64,000 nt of DNA from Lama guanicoe (GCA_013239625.1 MU055574.1:27437373-27501372); one strand, 5' to 3'. Shown: positions 37,755-52,619, counted from the first letter of the stretch. The notes: generated by a model from the sequence alone, not told the origin. Numbers and translations are program-made.

Positions 37755-40700
37755 GACTTCCCTCATTTTCCACGACGGGGTTGACATCCTGGACCCCACA
37801 TGGCACAGCTGCTGCCAGGGTCCAGCCGTGCGTCCTGAGAACATTCTTGAGCTGCGTTTGCTCACCCGTGAACTGCCGCCTACCCTGCGAGTCTGCCGTG
37901 TGGCGGGGACACTGACGTATTTAAATGCTTCGCGCAGTGAGTGTAGCGCCGCCGGCGCTCATCGCTGTGATCACGTCTCGCTGTCTCCACTATTGCTGGG
38001 CCCTCCAGAAGCCTAGAACAGTCTTGGTGGGAGCTGCGGAGCGGGGCTGCCAGGTCCTGGGGAGGGGCATCTAACGACTGCACTCGGGTGAGCGAGCCCG
38101 GCTGGAACTCAGGGCTCCCGCACAGCTGACGCCTCTCTGAGCCTTTCAGTTAGCTGCCAGAAGTGAGTTCTGACCACCGCTGGCCCTCGTGGTCCGCCGA
38201 GCGCCCTGTCAAAGTAACAGACAGGCCCAAGAAGCAGGGAGGTCGCTGCCTAGAAATAGACCAGCTGCTTCAGGAGAAGTAACTTCTGAGGCTCCAGTTA
38301 AGCCCTGTCCGTGGCAGATGCCGAAAATATCTCACCTTGTGTTGCTATAAATCAGCCCCTCCGCCCTGCCAAGCTGCGCCCGACGCTAACGTCATCTGCC
38401 GCCCGCGTCAGCGCCAGCTCCGTCTTCTGGGCCTCCTGCTACCGAACCGGGGCTTCAGAAAGGCCTCAGGCTTGTGGTCAGGTTTCCCAAATAAAAACAC
38501 AGGACTTACCATTAAATTTGAATTTAAGATAAACAATGGTTTTTTTTAGCATAAGTTTGTCCCGTGCAATATTTGGGTAAAAACTTAGTTGAGGTTTATC
38601 TGATATTCGAGTTTAACTGAGCACCCTGTTTTTATCTGACAGCCCTGCCCTGTAAGGCCTTTACAAATAGATTCTGTGGGGTCTGGTGGGGCCCTGCCTA
38701 CAGGTGGGGTGAGTGTAATGGTCTCACCAGGGCCCCAGGCCCCTGAGATACTGCAGTTCATTCACCTTCAGCAAGCATTGAACCACACAGTTTACGGAGA
38801 ATGGCGCAGCTCACGCACAAAGATGGATTGTCTAATCTGGACTGAAGACCTGGGAGTGAGGGCCCCGGGGGCCCACTGAAAGGCCCCCTTACCGCGACAT
38901 CCCGCTGCACTTTCCAAGGAGGAGGAGTTGCTGCTGGACTTGAGGAAGCACTTCAGGAGGGATCGGGCCAGCCCTGCTCCTCATCGTCCTGAGATCACAG
39001 GGCGCACGGGGCACACGGAACCACACGCGGGACCAAAGGTGCTCCGTGCCCGGGGTGGCGCCCTCACTTCCACACGTCAGCAGGAATGAGCAGGACGCTT
39101 GGGTCACGGCACGTGGGTCTGGCGAGGACGCCGGTGCCGCCCAGCGCACTCACGGGGCCTTGCTGGTCAGGGCTGGTCCTGATTTCCCTAGCAAACAGCT
39201 CCACCAGGACCCGAGGACCAGAAATCAGCCAGGCCCGCCCTGGTGTCCACAGGGATGGCTGCGGGGCAATTGCAACCTCAGGAAGCTGCTCTGAGTTACC
39301 GTCCACCCTCCACTCTCACTGTCCTATTCTGGACGCCTTCTCTGGAACGATTAGAGGAAGGGTCATGGCTTCCTGACCCTGCACCGCTGCATCGGGAGGC
39401 CCTTCCCCCTCTTGACTCCCACACGACGACTAGCCGCATCTGGCTGGATCTGGGCGGCGGCCTCTCCCGCGCTGCCTCTGGCTGAGGCTGCGACTCTGTC
39501 CCCACCACGTCTTGCTTGTCTGCTCTCAGACCCTCTCGCTGACCATGTGTCTGGTGCTTGTCCCTGTGCAGATGTGAGGTGGGGGCAGGCGGCACAGGTC
39601 TGGAAGATAACGAAGATTTGCTGCCGCCCCAGGGGCGGGGGATTTCTCACCAGCTGAGCCACGGGGGAGGAGAGACTAACCCAGAGTGGAAAACACAAAG
39701 TCAAATAGGGTCCCTTCTGTGGGACCGAATTTAATCAGCTGAAAGTCTGTGGCCAGACAAGCAGTTCCCAGGCTGCCAGAGGGACAGAGAGCCGCGCTTC
39801 CAGCCGGTCAAGTGGGACAGTGCCTGGGGCCGCGAGAGCCGGGCCCAGGGATGGAGGGCCCTCGCCGGCGGGAGCCTGCCCGAGACACGGGCCCACACAG
39901 GGCAGGAGGGAGCAGGCGGACACTGGGCTCCCCGCAGCATGGCCTCCGCTGGCTCACACCACTGGTCTCCAAGACCACCTGTCACCTGCCATTGTCACCC
40001 AAGTACAGTGCAGGTCAACCTGAGGTCGCCTTCTGCCTGCTTTAGACATGCTGGGAGAAAGATACAACGGAGCTACGATGGTGAAATCTGACACGTTCTA
40101 GACCTGCTAGCCCCGTTCACTGAAGTCCTGGCACCCAAGGGCTCGGCCAGCCCAGGGACACTGGCTTCGGGGAAGGGAAAGGCTAGAAGTAGTTTAAGAG
40201 TCACGGCTCCTCCCTTCATTTCTGACTCCTGTCCTCCCATTACTTCTCTTCATGTAAAGATGTGTGCAGGGCAGCCCCCAGCCCAGCCCCTCACCGGTGC
40301 CATAGTCTTTTCCTTAACGCCACCTCTGAAGTCCAGCCGGGCTAGCTGCAAACAATAGAGGACGTCGGGCTTGTCTGCGGGGCTGTCGTCCAACTGGAAA
40401 TGAGGTCGGGGACCCATGCAACCAGCTGCTCCCGTCCGTCTTGGGCCCGGGGCACGGGGGGGCCTCAGTGGCCCGGCAAGCACACACCAGGGGTCTGGTT
40501 CACCACAACATGGCAAAAATAAAACCTCGTGACAATAAGTGACCAAATTAAAATAGAATTTCTTTTTTTGGTTCATTGCCGCCACACAAAGGCTTCAGAC
40601 TCAGCACACAAGTGCTCGGAACACCTGGGTCTTCCCTTCTCCAGCCCCGGGACTGTAGGTGGGGCGGGGGACGGCTCCACCTCCTCAGCACCTGGCACCA

Positions 40701-41689
40701 ACGGGCAGCACCGCCGCAGCCGCCACCAGGGAAGGCCAGCTCCGTGCCAAACCCCACAGAATGCTCCAGACGGTGGGGCGCAGCTCTCTGCCCTGGAGGG
40801 GTCACCCCCCGTCCAGTGCGACGCAGACTCACGCAGCAGCTCGAGGTCTGGCACGGCAGCCGCCGACTCCTGGGAAGAACCAAGCAGCCGCTCAGTTTAC
40901 CCTCTGGGATTTGGTCTGAGCCTCGAGACTTGAGTAAGATTTGACTCAGCAGAGAGCTCTTTGTTCTGAACGGAAGGAATGAAACTGCTGGGAATTAATA
41001 CTAAGAGCGTCTACGAAGCACACTTATGTGTGTCTGCTTCTTCTCACCTCGCAGCAGCTCCCAAGGAAGGCCTCCTCCCGGTCTTCAAATGGAGACCTGC
41101 CGTTCAGAGAGTCGAGCCATCTGAACGAGGTGGAGCCTTGCCCAGAGCAGGCGTCTTGGCTCTAGGCTCCTGCTCCGGGCAGGCCGAGGACACACGCGCA
41201 GCCTGGCCCTCTGCTGCTTCTGTCGTCGAAAGTGTGGTTCTCCTGGGCCTGGGCCCAGGACCTAAGGGATGAGGCACTCGCACCACCGAGGGCCAGGTCC
41301 TGCGTGAAAATCACAAACCAGGGGCTCGGGGCTCACCTCGTGCTCCAGTGCAGAGCTGGTCATGGAGGGAAGCGATTCGTGATCCCCCCCATCTCATCAG
41401 ATGGGTGTGGTTGGCCAGCCAATCCTGAAAAGGCAGGAAAATCCTAGGGGAAAAGCGCCCTCTTCCATCCTGGCCCTGAAGCCATCATCACCTTCATAAG
41501 AAAATTGCTTCCTTTGTAAACATGTTTAAAGCATTTATGGTTCTTTCTGACACACAGCTACTGTTAGAAATCTTCTAATGGCAGAAAAAGCGCCAAGAGG
41601 AAAATAAACTCTCGCAACTTGTCTGAACCTCGCAAAGCCCATGCTTGGCTGAGGGCCTAGGACCAGTTGTCTCCTGTGGAGTTTCAGGT

Positions 41690-41815
41690 ACAGGTATTGA
41701 TGTCCCAGATGGTGCTGGGCGGACAGGCTCCACCCCCACGCGGAGTTCCCCAAAGCTCCGAGTGCTAACGTGACTTTGTGAAAGTGCATGAACTCTGGGC
41801 GCCAGAGGCTCACCC
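41690..41815. mobile_element. Possible MER5-like fragment
   Basis: Degenerate gatggtgctggg...aggctccacccc...gcatgaactctgg resembles MER5. Confidence 0.3.
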
Positions 41816-44800
41816 ACCTCTTGGCTCCGAGGCCCCGGGGGGGCAGGGTGGAAGCTCAGACATCGCCTTCTCCCTGCCCCCACCTCAGGAACAGACATGC
41901 TGGCAGGACTTCTGCCTGTGCCCGCAGGGAACTCTGGAGAGGATGGCGCGCTTCGGGCGGCCTGAGTGGACATCTAAGAGGTAGGACGTTGTCCTGGGAA
42001 CCCCAAACTATGGCCCAACCCCCACAGATTGGAGAAACAGGGTCTCTGCTGCTGGTGAAATTATATCAAATCAGACTGCTGCTCTCTTTGGCAGTTGAAC
42101 ACACCTTTGATCAACAAAGTGGTAAAACATCGAAGTAAAAATGAACATGGGCTGTACAGGGAAAGGAGTCATAGGCCTGGTGATGAGAAGGTGGAGACGG
42201 CCTCTGTCCATGGTAAGTTTTGGTGACCCCACATCCGGGGAGCCAGAGCAACACTGAAATACGGGTCGCTCCTTACACATCAAGACCAACCAAACTGATG
42301 GGAAATCCATTAATATTCTACTCAATAAAGGTGAAAGGAAGTTAAAACTCAATGAGCAAACAACCCAGCTTGCCCATGATCAAACAGCATAATTAGAATA
42401 ACTGCTCGCCTATTACGCTGCAGAACGTGTGCGGGGAGCTGTGGGCACGGAGATTGGTTTGGGGGAAGAGATTCGACGTTCGGCGTGAGTGTCAAGAGCA
42501 AAATTGTGCTCAGGCTCCGTCCCACTGATTAGTGAGGCAGCGCAGGGGGCTTTCGGCCGGTGTCCTCACAGGAGCGAAGTTTCTGATCCAAGTAAACGTT
42601 TGATGGAGCAGCCTTTAAAGTGATGATGTTAAAGACTAGCAGTAACATAGGAATTCCTTATAATACAATGTCGAGCAGAACAGCAGGCTGCAAAATTGTT
42701 GGCAGGGTGTGGCCTCAACTTCGCATAAAGTGCACCAGGAAAGACAAGCAAGAAAACACAGCAAGTGGCCAGGACGAGAGAGCGAGAGCTGGGTTTTGTT
42801 TTCCAGGCTTTCTGTGATGTGCATCTATCACTTTGCAATTTCCCACTGGAACGACTTTTCACAACCAAAGAGAGCTTGGGCTTTCTCTCTCGGCCGAGTT
42901 CAGAGATGGCTCCAAGCCAAAGCCGTGCAGGCTCGTGGGGGAACCGCACCAGCACCTGGTGTCCGTGATCGCCTGACGGAGCGCAGGGACCGGCGTGCTG
43001 CGTGTGCAGCCCCCAGGTGCAGCCCCAGGGCCTCCGGGAGCTCCCTCTGTGTAACGCCTAGTGAAAGCCATTATAAAATTGATCCATTTGACCTGTTTTA
43101 AACTTAAAGTTTTGAGTGTGAAATACCTTGTTGGAAAACTGCCCAAGTGGTCCACCAGGCTGTCATATTGGATGTATAATTCATAGCTGTGTTTATCTTA
43201 ACAATAACCGTTTTCTCAAATCTGTATCACTCTGTGAGACAGCAGTTCTTTTCACAGTGACAGTTGCGAGCATAAAATATGCAAAAACTTCTTCTGTACC
43301 TTCTTCTGAAAATTCACTAACTCAAATGTCCTCAGAAGTGTATCTTCATGCTTACATTCCTCTACCTCCTCCACGGGGCTCTTTCTGAATTTGAAGGCCC
43401 TGGTTTTACTGAGACTAATGAGATAAAATATGCATTAGTGATTCATAAAATGTAAAGTAAGATGAAGCTGTGACTGTGGCCATCGCAACAGGCATCATCG
43501 CACAGCCGCTGGACAGTCAGGTCCCAGGGATACGACCTCCCTCAGTCCCACAGAAAGACCCCCGTGGAACCAACAGGTGGGTGCCCAGCCGGCAGCTTGT
43601 CCCGGAAGCTCTAAGGCTGCGATGAGCAAGATTCCACAAGCAGGAATAAGTCCATTGTCTCTGCTGGAGACTGGGCAGGACTGCGGAAGAGGACAGACCA
43701 CCCAGAGGGCCGTGTGAAGACAGTGCCACACGTTTCTCTCCTAAGCAAAAGATTTTGAGAACTTGCAGTCCCCTCGCTGAGATGAGAGCTGTGGCTTAGA
43801 AACTCCAGCCTGAGCAAATCTCCCCATGAACCCTACAACCACACTTGAAGAATCCAAGATGCAAGTCGTCTTCTCAAGGAAGAGGATGTGGGCAGAGTCC
43901 AGACCTGCACGTGGCAGTGCTCAAAGGACCAGGAGGTAGAGGGGTGAGAGTCTGACCCACGCATTTTCGTAAAAAGAAGAAATTCCTCAGTCTCACCGCT
44001 GAGACCTGCCCCCCCACCATCTCCCAAGGGCCTTCCTGTCTGCCGCTTCAGTCCTGTCAGCAGAAAACCCCACCTTCAGAGAAGCTCCAAGCCAACAGTG
44101 CGGCACGACTCTGAAAGCTGCAGCATCCAAGCTCCCCAGCGATCCCTGTGACAGGGGTGTCGGCCACGCCGTGGCCCCAGCACGGCTCAGTGAAGCCCCG
44201 TCAGCTCAAGCGGGCACTGGCCCACCCTCCACCATGGGGGCTTTTACTCCAGCTTCTTATCGTCCACTGGACACAAGGAGAGCAATTCCTGGGTGCACAG
44301 CTATGAAGCCTGGGCTGGAGCCCAGCACAGCCCTCGTCTGCCTCGCACCCTGAGGTGGTCACTGCCCACGTGGGCCCCGGGTGCGTCTGCGCTGACACCC
44401 ATGGCTGTTCTCCCCTCTGCGCTGAACTACGAGAGGTTGGGATTTTCCCAGGGGTCTCAGCCAAGTTGTGGAACATCCATCCTCACACACACGAAGGCCC
44501 TTCTTCTCCCCGAGCTCAGTCGGGACGTTTCTGGGGGCCCAGCACTGTCAGGAGAGGAAGGGAGCCTTCATTCAGGAAAAGCTGGAGGTCGGGTGTGGAG
44601 GAAGGGGAGCCCAGCCCCGGCGTGGCTTGTAGCCAGGCCCCCACCATCAGAACCAGCGAAACGACGGACTAGCTGTTTCCGTTTCCAAGCGACCACAGGC
44701 TGGTGGCCACACTGGTGCTGGGCCATCTGAGCTCCAAGGGGGACAGTGTTGGCGTTTTGGTGACTATTCACCCCCACCCCCTGCCCTTAGAACAGGACCT

Positions 44801-46514
44801 TGAAACTTGCTCTGTGCAGAGATTTTGTTTCTCTGAACTCGGCTGTTGAAGTAACTGCCAGCTCTCTTCCTGTCCTGTGCCGACCCCAGGAAACAACATT
44901 TTTTCACACGTTTCCATTCCAAGGCTCGCACTGTCTACCAAGATGGCAGTGTGTACGCCTGTGGGGAGACCTGCTGGGGGGAGGTGCAGGTGTCCCTGAC
45001 TCTGCCAACATGGGGTTCGCCCTGTGGGGATGCTCTGGGGACCAGAGGGTTAACAGAAGGAACTCAGAACGTCAGGAACAGCAGGGGTTGGCCTCAGTTT
45101 CCCCATCTGTGAAATGAGAGGTTTAGTGGGTGGTCCCCCTTCCAGGGGACCCCATCCTTGTGTTGGGGGGCTATTCTCTGGTCACAGCTGGAGGCGGGCC
45201 GGGCCCCTGCCCAAAGCTGCACACAACCCACGGCTGCATCCCAGGCAGTTCTGAGAGGCCCGGGCGCCGTCTGCGGCGGGACTTCTTCTGGACAAAACCC
45301 GCAACGAGCAGAACCCACACCGGGCCTGCGGGGGGAGAGCCCAGCGGCCCCAGCCCGTCAGGGGAGGGGTCTCACTAGTCAAGAATCACTACATTCTCCT
45401 AAACTTCCTTTTCACGACCGGCCCGTTTTGTTAGTATCCTTGGGAAAATGAGGCAAAGAAGACTTGACAGTTCCAGAAGAGAAAGAAAACATTTTTAACA
45501 GTCCAGCTCCTGGGCACTACTTACTTCTTAAAAAATGGAACCCTAAGTCCTTCGGCCAGTGAGTGGTTAGGAGGGAGGAGGAGGAGGGAGCGGCCGTCCG
45601 GAGCGGGACTGAGACGCGGGGGCACAGAGGGGGACTTGCCTGCCTGCCTGCCTGCACCCTCAGGCCCAGCAGAGCCCCGTCGTGGGCTCCGGGCAGGGCT
45701 GGGCCTGGTTCACGCTGACGTGCTGCCCAGCTGCGTGCTCAGATTGGGCTCAGGGGCTTTGGTCAATATGATGACTTTCTTCTTTGTTTTTCAAAGAGGT
45801 CAAAGGCTGAGGGCTGGGGCTGAGGAGACTGGGGACCAAGACGTGGCTTCTTAGAAAACACCCCCAGGAAAAACTGCTTCTGTCACAATATCGATGCCGA
45901 CCAGACGCCGCTGGCTTTTTTTGCACGTGTCCCTCAACAGCTGGCAGGAACGTCAGCTCGAGTTATTTGCCACCAGCACACTTTCTGTTTGTCTCCAGGG
46001 ATTTAAACCCTATTTGTCAGGAGGGTGGTGAAAACTGTGGAATGGACTTTCCTAGACCAGGAGAAAGGCGGTTTCTTCCCTGTCGCCTGGATGCGGCCCC
46101 AGGGGCTGGAGGCTGCCCCGGCCTCCCGCCTGGCCCCGGCCTCCTGCACACCCCCTGCAGGTCCCTGGGCAGACCCGGCATGAGGACCCTTAATACTGCC
46201 TGCTCAGTCTTGGTTTTTTGTTGGCATAATATCCACCTCCTTACAACTGGGGAGCGTCCGTCATCCCTGCAGTGTCTGTGAGCCCTTGGTGTCCAGTCTA
46301 GAACGTTCTGCCATGTGTGCGCTCACATGGACCGCCATGGGGTGCTTTCCCGGGGTCACGCACAGCTCTATGTCTTGTCTTTTCAGGAATGCTTTTTCCT
46401 AGGTCCTTCGAACTCCCTGTGTGCTCTGAACAAGTAGGTTGTCAGGAAATACTGACAGGGGAGAATTCATAACAGACTTTTTAAAACCCCATTTGATTGA
46501 TCGTAATGACAGAA

Positions 46515-46870
46515 TCCATGGTAGATTGAATGGTGTCCTTCCAAACCCAGAACCTAAGAATGGGAACTTATGTGTAAATAGGCTCTTTGCAGGTAAATCA
46601 GAACTGGAGATGTGCTCACACCAGCATCGGGTTGCCCTGCATCCTTGACAAGGGTCCTTATAGTAAGAGGAGGAGACATAGGGAAGGGCTGAGAAGACAG
46701 AAGCAGAGACTGGGGTGGTGCCGCCAAGCCCAGGAACGTCAAGGACCGTCACCCGCACCAGAGCCAGGCGGGAGGCCAGCCCGGCAGGAATCAGCCCCAC
46801 CTATAGCCTCAGGACTGCGGGAAAAAAAGCTCTGTGGTTTAAACCCACCCAGCACCCGGGAAGCATAGAA
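46515..46870 (+). mobile_element. MLT1 (ERVL-MaLR) solo LTR
   Basis: gattgaatggtgtcc...aataggctctttgcagg...gtccttat...gcagagactggggtggtgccgccaagcccaggaa...ctgtggtttaaacccacc. Confidence 0.75.
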
Positions 46871-48499
46871 AGTTCCAATCAGCTCTAGGGAGGAGCTGCA
46901 CCCAAGGTGAGAGATTACAAAACCTCCAGTGTCCTAGGGCCACATTCGGAGGCGGGTCGCCTCCGACACACCCCTGGGGCTGCCCTGGGGGGTTGCAGGC
47001 AGCAAGCGAGGAGGCCACAGAAGAGTGACATGTCCTAGGAGCAGCCTAGGAGCTTGTGCTTGAATTAACTGCAGTCTCCCATTTCACTCTGAGTTGAGCA
47101 ACAGCAAAAAAGGGCAAAAGACTAGACTCCCATTCTCCCACATCAAGAACCCCAGAGATTTTAATCCACAGGCACAGATTTGTCTGGCGGCTGTTACTCA
47201 CACAGTACGGAGCCCAGTTCCTGCTCTGGATGTGATGCCGGAGGCCTGGTGCTCAGAGGCTGTCCGGCTCTCATCTCAAACGTGTAACCCCCTGCACTAA
47301 ACGGGGAGCTTTCTCCCCACAGGTTAGAGCATGTGGCAGATGGGCAGCCTGTTACTGCGCAGCGCTGGAGGGCAGCCCTGGAAGAGGGTCACGGGGCCAG
47401 GAGGAGAGTTTACCGTCACCAAACCAAAGAAGTAGGTTCAGTGACAGAAGTCACACTTTTCAGGAGGTGCAGAAAACGTGAATGAAAATCAAGTAGAAAT
47501 TCTTGATATTTGGCAACTCAGAGTCTTAGAGCGCAGAGCCTAGCCAGTGACAGAGACCCCAACTCAGTAAACACTGCGACTTGCTTCGCCTTTTGTCCAG
47601 GGAACACAGGACATCCCTCATCTGTCCTGTGACCACAAACGCCCCCCCGGGAGCACCAGGATCCTGTCTGCTCTACTCCTGAGCACAGGGCCCAGCCTGA
47701 GGTGACTCCGCCAGTGTGAGGGACACAGCCCGCCCCGCTCCAGGACAGGCCCCACCAGAAGTGCCAGGGGTGTGAGGGCAGGCTGTCCACGAGGGCCTCC
47801 GAGTCAGGATCAGGGGAGTAGCCTCACCCACCCACGCCTGCGTGGGAGCCCGCACATCTCTGGGGTCGTTTCAGCCCAGGTTCGCAAAGGAGGCAATGAC
47901 CATCTCAGGAAGGTGCCGTCTCACGGCAGCTGCAGGGGCTGCAACTCAGTTTCTCCCACTAACTTGTCAGCCCTCTGGTTCTGCTGCAGGGCTCATGATT
48001 CAGCTTGTAGATGCTAGAACTGTTGCTGTAATAAGAAAAAGCAAGAAGCATTCTTTGAATACTTCAGAGCAAAATGCTTGTGAAAGCCTTTGGTTCCCCC
48101 CGAGAAGCACATTTAAAGAAGAGGCGTCATGAGTCAGGAGCAGCTGCTCCGGGCAACTGTTCCTCATTCCCATCCGTGAAGTTCTCGTGGCATTTGGGAA
48201 AGAACTGAGCATTTTCCCTGCAGAAATCTCTGGGTTCTGGAGCACACACTTGACAGCACCCAACTGCCACTGAGACAAAGGGCCTTCAAGCAGAGCCAGC
48301 TGCCCTCACCACCCGTCCCCACCTGCTCCCAGCTTCCCAGAACACCCACTTTCGTGGGCTGTCCAGAGCAAGGGTCTGTAAGGCACAGGAGACATGCTCT
48401 CAGGATCCAGCCTCGGACACTGGCTGCTGGCAAGGCCCGGAGAGGTGCAGCCCTGCCCACCCTTCTCCATCCGTCTCCAGTTCCTCCCGAGGAGCCAGC

Positions 48500-49020
48500 C
48501 CCGGTGCCAGCTTCCTTTTGCTGCTGTAACAAAAGGTCACAAACCTGGTGACTCAAAACAGGACAGACTGGTCACCTTGCAGCTTTGACGGGTGGAATCT
48601 GAGACGGGTCTCCCTGGGCTCAGGCCCAGTGTCAGTGAGGCTGGTCTTCCGGGCTCCAGGGTCCACTTCCCTTCCTGCCTTTCCAGCTTCCAGAGGCCGC
48701 CACGTCCCTCAGCTCCTGGTCCCTCCTCCATCCGCACAGCACCTTCCCACCTCGCTCTCCCTCACCTCTGCCTCCACCCTCACCCCCTCCCCGTCCACCT
48801 CCTCCGTCCTCCCCTTTCCTTCTTGTCTGGCTTTCCTGCCACCGTCTTCCCCTTTCCAGGACACTCTGGTTATGTTAGGCCTCCCAGGAATCCAGTGGAA
48901 TCTCCCATCCTAAGACCCTTGGCTTGATCACAAAGTCAGAATCCTGTGTCCACACAAGGCAGCATACTCCTAGGTTTGGGGGCCTGGGAGGTGGACAACT
49001 TCGGTGCCTTCTTCTGCCAA
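48500..49020 (-). mobile_element. MLT1 (ERVL-MaLR) solo LTR
   Basis: gctgctgtaacaaa...cacaaacctggtgactcaaaac...ccttccagcttccagagg-like core...aatctcccatcctaaga...gatcaca is the antisense MLT1 pattern. Confidence 0.75.
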
Positions 49021-52000
49021 CCGCATCACTGATCCATGTGATTTGAAGATGATCTCTTTGAGCTGGATCAGATTCTATCATCCTTGCCACCAACGCCCTT
49101 CACCCACCCGGTACCTGGATTCTGTCCCTTCAGGACCCTGGGGTGTAGAGGATGTCCAAGAAGGCACGCCTTTCAGCTGCATCTGCCTGCCAATAACTTG
49201 GCCACGTACTGAAGACCCCGGGCAGGGTGGTAGGGACACGAGGAGCTGCAGGCCATAGACGGGGAGGGTGTGAGCACCCCCTGCACAGACAGTGCAGCTG
49301 CAGGAACAGAGCTTCCTCGGAGCAAGCGGCCCTGCAGTGCTGAGTTCCCAAAGGTGAGCTTTCTTGCCAGTGTCGTGGGAAAAAGCACAAATGACACAAA
49401 CCCCGCTGATCTGATGAGGGTCACATGGCAGTCTGGAATTTTCACTTCCTCAGTAGACCAAGGCAAGAAAGTGAAAGCGTAGCGAGAGGTCAAAACCCAC
49501 TTGGTCGAACTTCCCAAATTTCCAGAGGTCATTACGTTTCCTGCAGAGACAGCAGGCTGTCAGCACAGAGCAGAGGAGCTGGTGGCTGGGAAGTCCTGGG
49601 ATGATCACCGTGTCTCAGCGTCCACTCTGTCACCGTGGCTCTCCGTCGAGCCTGGATGGCCTGGTCTCACTGGCCATTTGACCCCTTATGGGCCCTGGAG
49701 GAGTGATGAATCTACCTGCCGCATCTCTCCCACCTTTGAGGTTCCTAGCCCAGGCCGGAGTGTCAGCAGCTCTGCGTGAGGGCTGTTCATGTCCCAGGCA
49801 AAGTCTAAATCACTGCCAGGAGACCTAGTCCCAGGACCGAAGGGGCTTTAATGCTAGAGGGAATATCTAGCTGAGAGATTTGCCCGCAGTTGCTCGGAGC
49901 TGGCAGCGTTGGGCTCAGCACACCGAACGGATGGGTGCACAGAGGACCCCTCACTATTGATAAAGCAGCAAAAAGGGCCAAGGTCTCAGTGAGAGCAGAG
50001 GCCTCTCTCCACACATCTTGGTATTGTTTCCCTGGCTGCTCCTTCCTCTCTCCCACGACTGATGAGGCCTTTAGGTGACAGGCTCCAGATACAGAAGGAA
50101 CCAGATACCTCATATCTGCAGAGAGGCCAGGCCCGGGGAGGGAATGCCAGCTTCACGACAGCTATAAAGTCATGGCCTGCTGGGGCCATGGGAGCAGAGA
50201 ACCTGCACCTGCCTGGGAGGTTCTGGGAGTCTCCAGAAGGGTGGGGGTCAGTGGATGCGTGGACACAGGGACACCAGGGAGAGTCGTTGTGGACGGGAGA
50301 CAGGCAGACCTGCTACCAGTCCCGGCCTCCGTGTCCCAGTTGGTAGGATGGAAATTGCGTCTCCTGCTCAGAATCCAAGGTCCCCACACATGCAGAGACT
50401 GTGGAGGGGACCTGCAGCGACATGCTGCAAATCCTTTCGAAAAAATGTTTAAATGCTGTAGGGAGCCATGCGGTGGGAGAAGGTCAGAACCCTCCGGGAT
50501 TCCATCTCTGCTGGTGGTGGGGCCCTGGCCTTCAGCCTCCACGTCTGAGAACCAGACGGGAGCTCCTGCAGAGCAGGGACCACGCTTCTGGGCAGACGTT
50601 TGGAGAGCAGTTTGGTGGCTCACACACAGGGGACAGGGAAGCCTTGGCCTCCCTGGCGTCTGGGGAGGCGGGGTCCCGGAGGCCCCATCTGCGCTCTCAT
50701 CCCCAGCGGCTGGAGCGCTGGGCGAGGAAGCTGCTCCTGCAGCAGCTGGCTCCTGCCTTGTGCTGACGCTGCAGCAGCTTCTGCCGTTTTCACTTCCAGT
50801 CCTCACGGACCTGACACTGACGGTCACTGCGGTTCTCAGACTGCTTCCCTGAGCTCTCCAGGTGCTGACCCTCCAGCTAGGAAGAGCCGTGCTGTGTCCA
50901 CGACATCAGCTGACAGAAGGCACAGGCTGCTGCTTCAATGCAGCTGCGGTGCCCCACCGTTGGTCCACTGGGACTTTCCACAGCGTCAGCAAACCCAGAG
51001 CAGCGCCAGGCTTAAAGACCCACAGGGAGGGGTGAGGGTGTGGCCCTGAGCCTGTGCCTTGACCTGTGCTTCAGAACACATGGTTCGAGGCCCAGAGGCC
51101 GCTGCCTGGCCGACCCGTGCTGCCCAGGACGAGGTGCCTGGGGCCCTGGGCGAGCAGGGGCAGCAGAGCATGAGTGCTCCAACTGAAATGAAATTAAGGT
51201 GAAAATGAATCAGGGAGGACTCTGTCCTTTCACTAGATGGTTTTTCTAAACTGGAGTCTTTGTGTCTCAAAGACTTTTTAACTTACAGAGGGTGTGCAGA
51301 GCACAGCAGGGCCAGGAGGCCGAGGCAGCGCTGAGGGGAGAAGCATGGCAGAACCACTGCCCAGAACCGCTGCCGGCTTGTGCCCGAGGTGGTCACTTTA
51401 CACTTTCCCCAACAACAACCAGGAAGGGGATGGGTGGGAGCAGGTACAGAGGAGCCCAGTCAGTCCTTTGCATTCCTGCTGACTGACTTGGAGAATTTCA
51501 TTTATTTCACCCAAATGAAGCTGCCCTCCAGACCACCCCCTGCCACAGCCCCTCAGCCAGAGTTCCTGTCTCCCCAGCCTGGTCCCAGCCAGTCCCGCCG
51601 AGACCTATTCTAGGTGTCAGCTGGTGACAGTTTATCCAGACCCATGAGGAGCAGCAAGAATGCACCCTAATCCCTCTGTGGAGCCTCTCAAGAGCTCACC
51701 TCCTTGGTCACACCGTCCTGTCCTCTTACCTGCACCAGAAACCACACACCCCACCAGAGGCCTGGTCCTCAAGAGAGTGGAAGCCGCCTCCAGGAGCAGA
51801 GCAGGCCCGGAGGGCGAGGCGCTGATGCAGCCTAGAAGGGCTTCAAGAAGCAGGCAGGGATGGGAAAAGAAAAGCTAGAAAAGGCCGTCAGCTTCCGCGG
51901 TGGGGGTCAGTTTCCATGGAGAGGCAGCTTCTCTGAGTCTAGATGAATTGGCAGCAAGACTGGCAGAAAATGGAGTGTGCAGCAGCCAGTTTCCATGTGG

Positions 52001-52619
52001 GGAACTAAGACGGGGTCCCTTCACGTCCATCTCCCCAGTGGGCTTGCATGGAACAATTCTCACAAAATTCCCTAAGCAAAGAAAAGAAGTGTGTGATACA
52101 TGTGAACAGAAGTGAGCCCAGTGGTGAGAAGGGTCCGTGCCTGAGCTCCCAGCGCCTCCATTACTGGACTCAGCTGATCCCCGGCAGGGGCTGTGCAGAG
52201 GGGTGCTTTGGGGACTATGGGTGCTGGGAATCCTCTGTCCTGACTGTGGAGCTGATCTCATTCTCAGCACTCATCCAAAGGTGGGTTTAACTCATGTGCA
52301 TATTGCCCCGTGTGAATTATACTGCAAATACAGTTGTTTAAAAAATTAAGACGAAAATATGCCCATCCAAGCACACGAGACACACAGTGTGCTGGCTCTG
52401 ATCACAGGCAGCTGGTCTGGGGAGGGATGCTCTTCCAGCAAAGAGTGCCGACAGTCCGGGACTGGCCTGCCGGGCCCTTTGAGGAACGTGTGGCCTTTCT
52501 GTGCCTCAGGAAAGGACAGAATTATCCCCACCCAGCTGTGTTATAAATGCTGAATTTTAAAAAGCATATTAAATACCTGACACATAGTAGGTCCTCACTA
52601 AAGACAATGGGGTGCCAAC

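Noticed and set aside
37396-37806. ORFs with SL/RD-repeat composition
   Set aside because: Translations of the (TCTCTG)n simple repeat.
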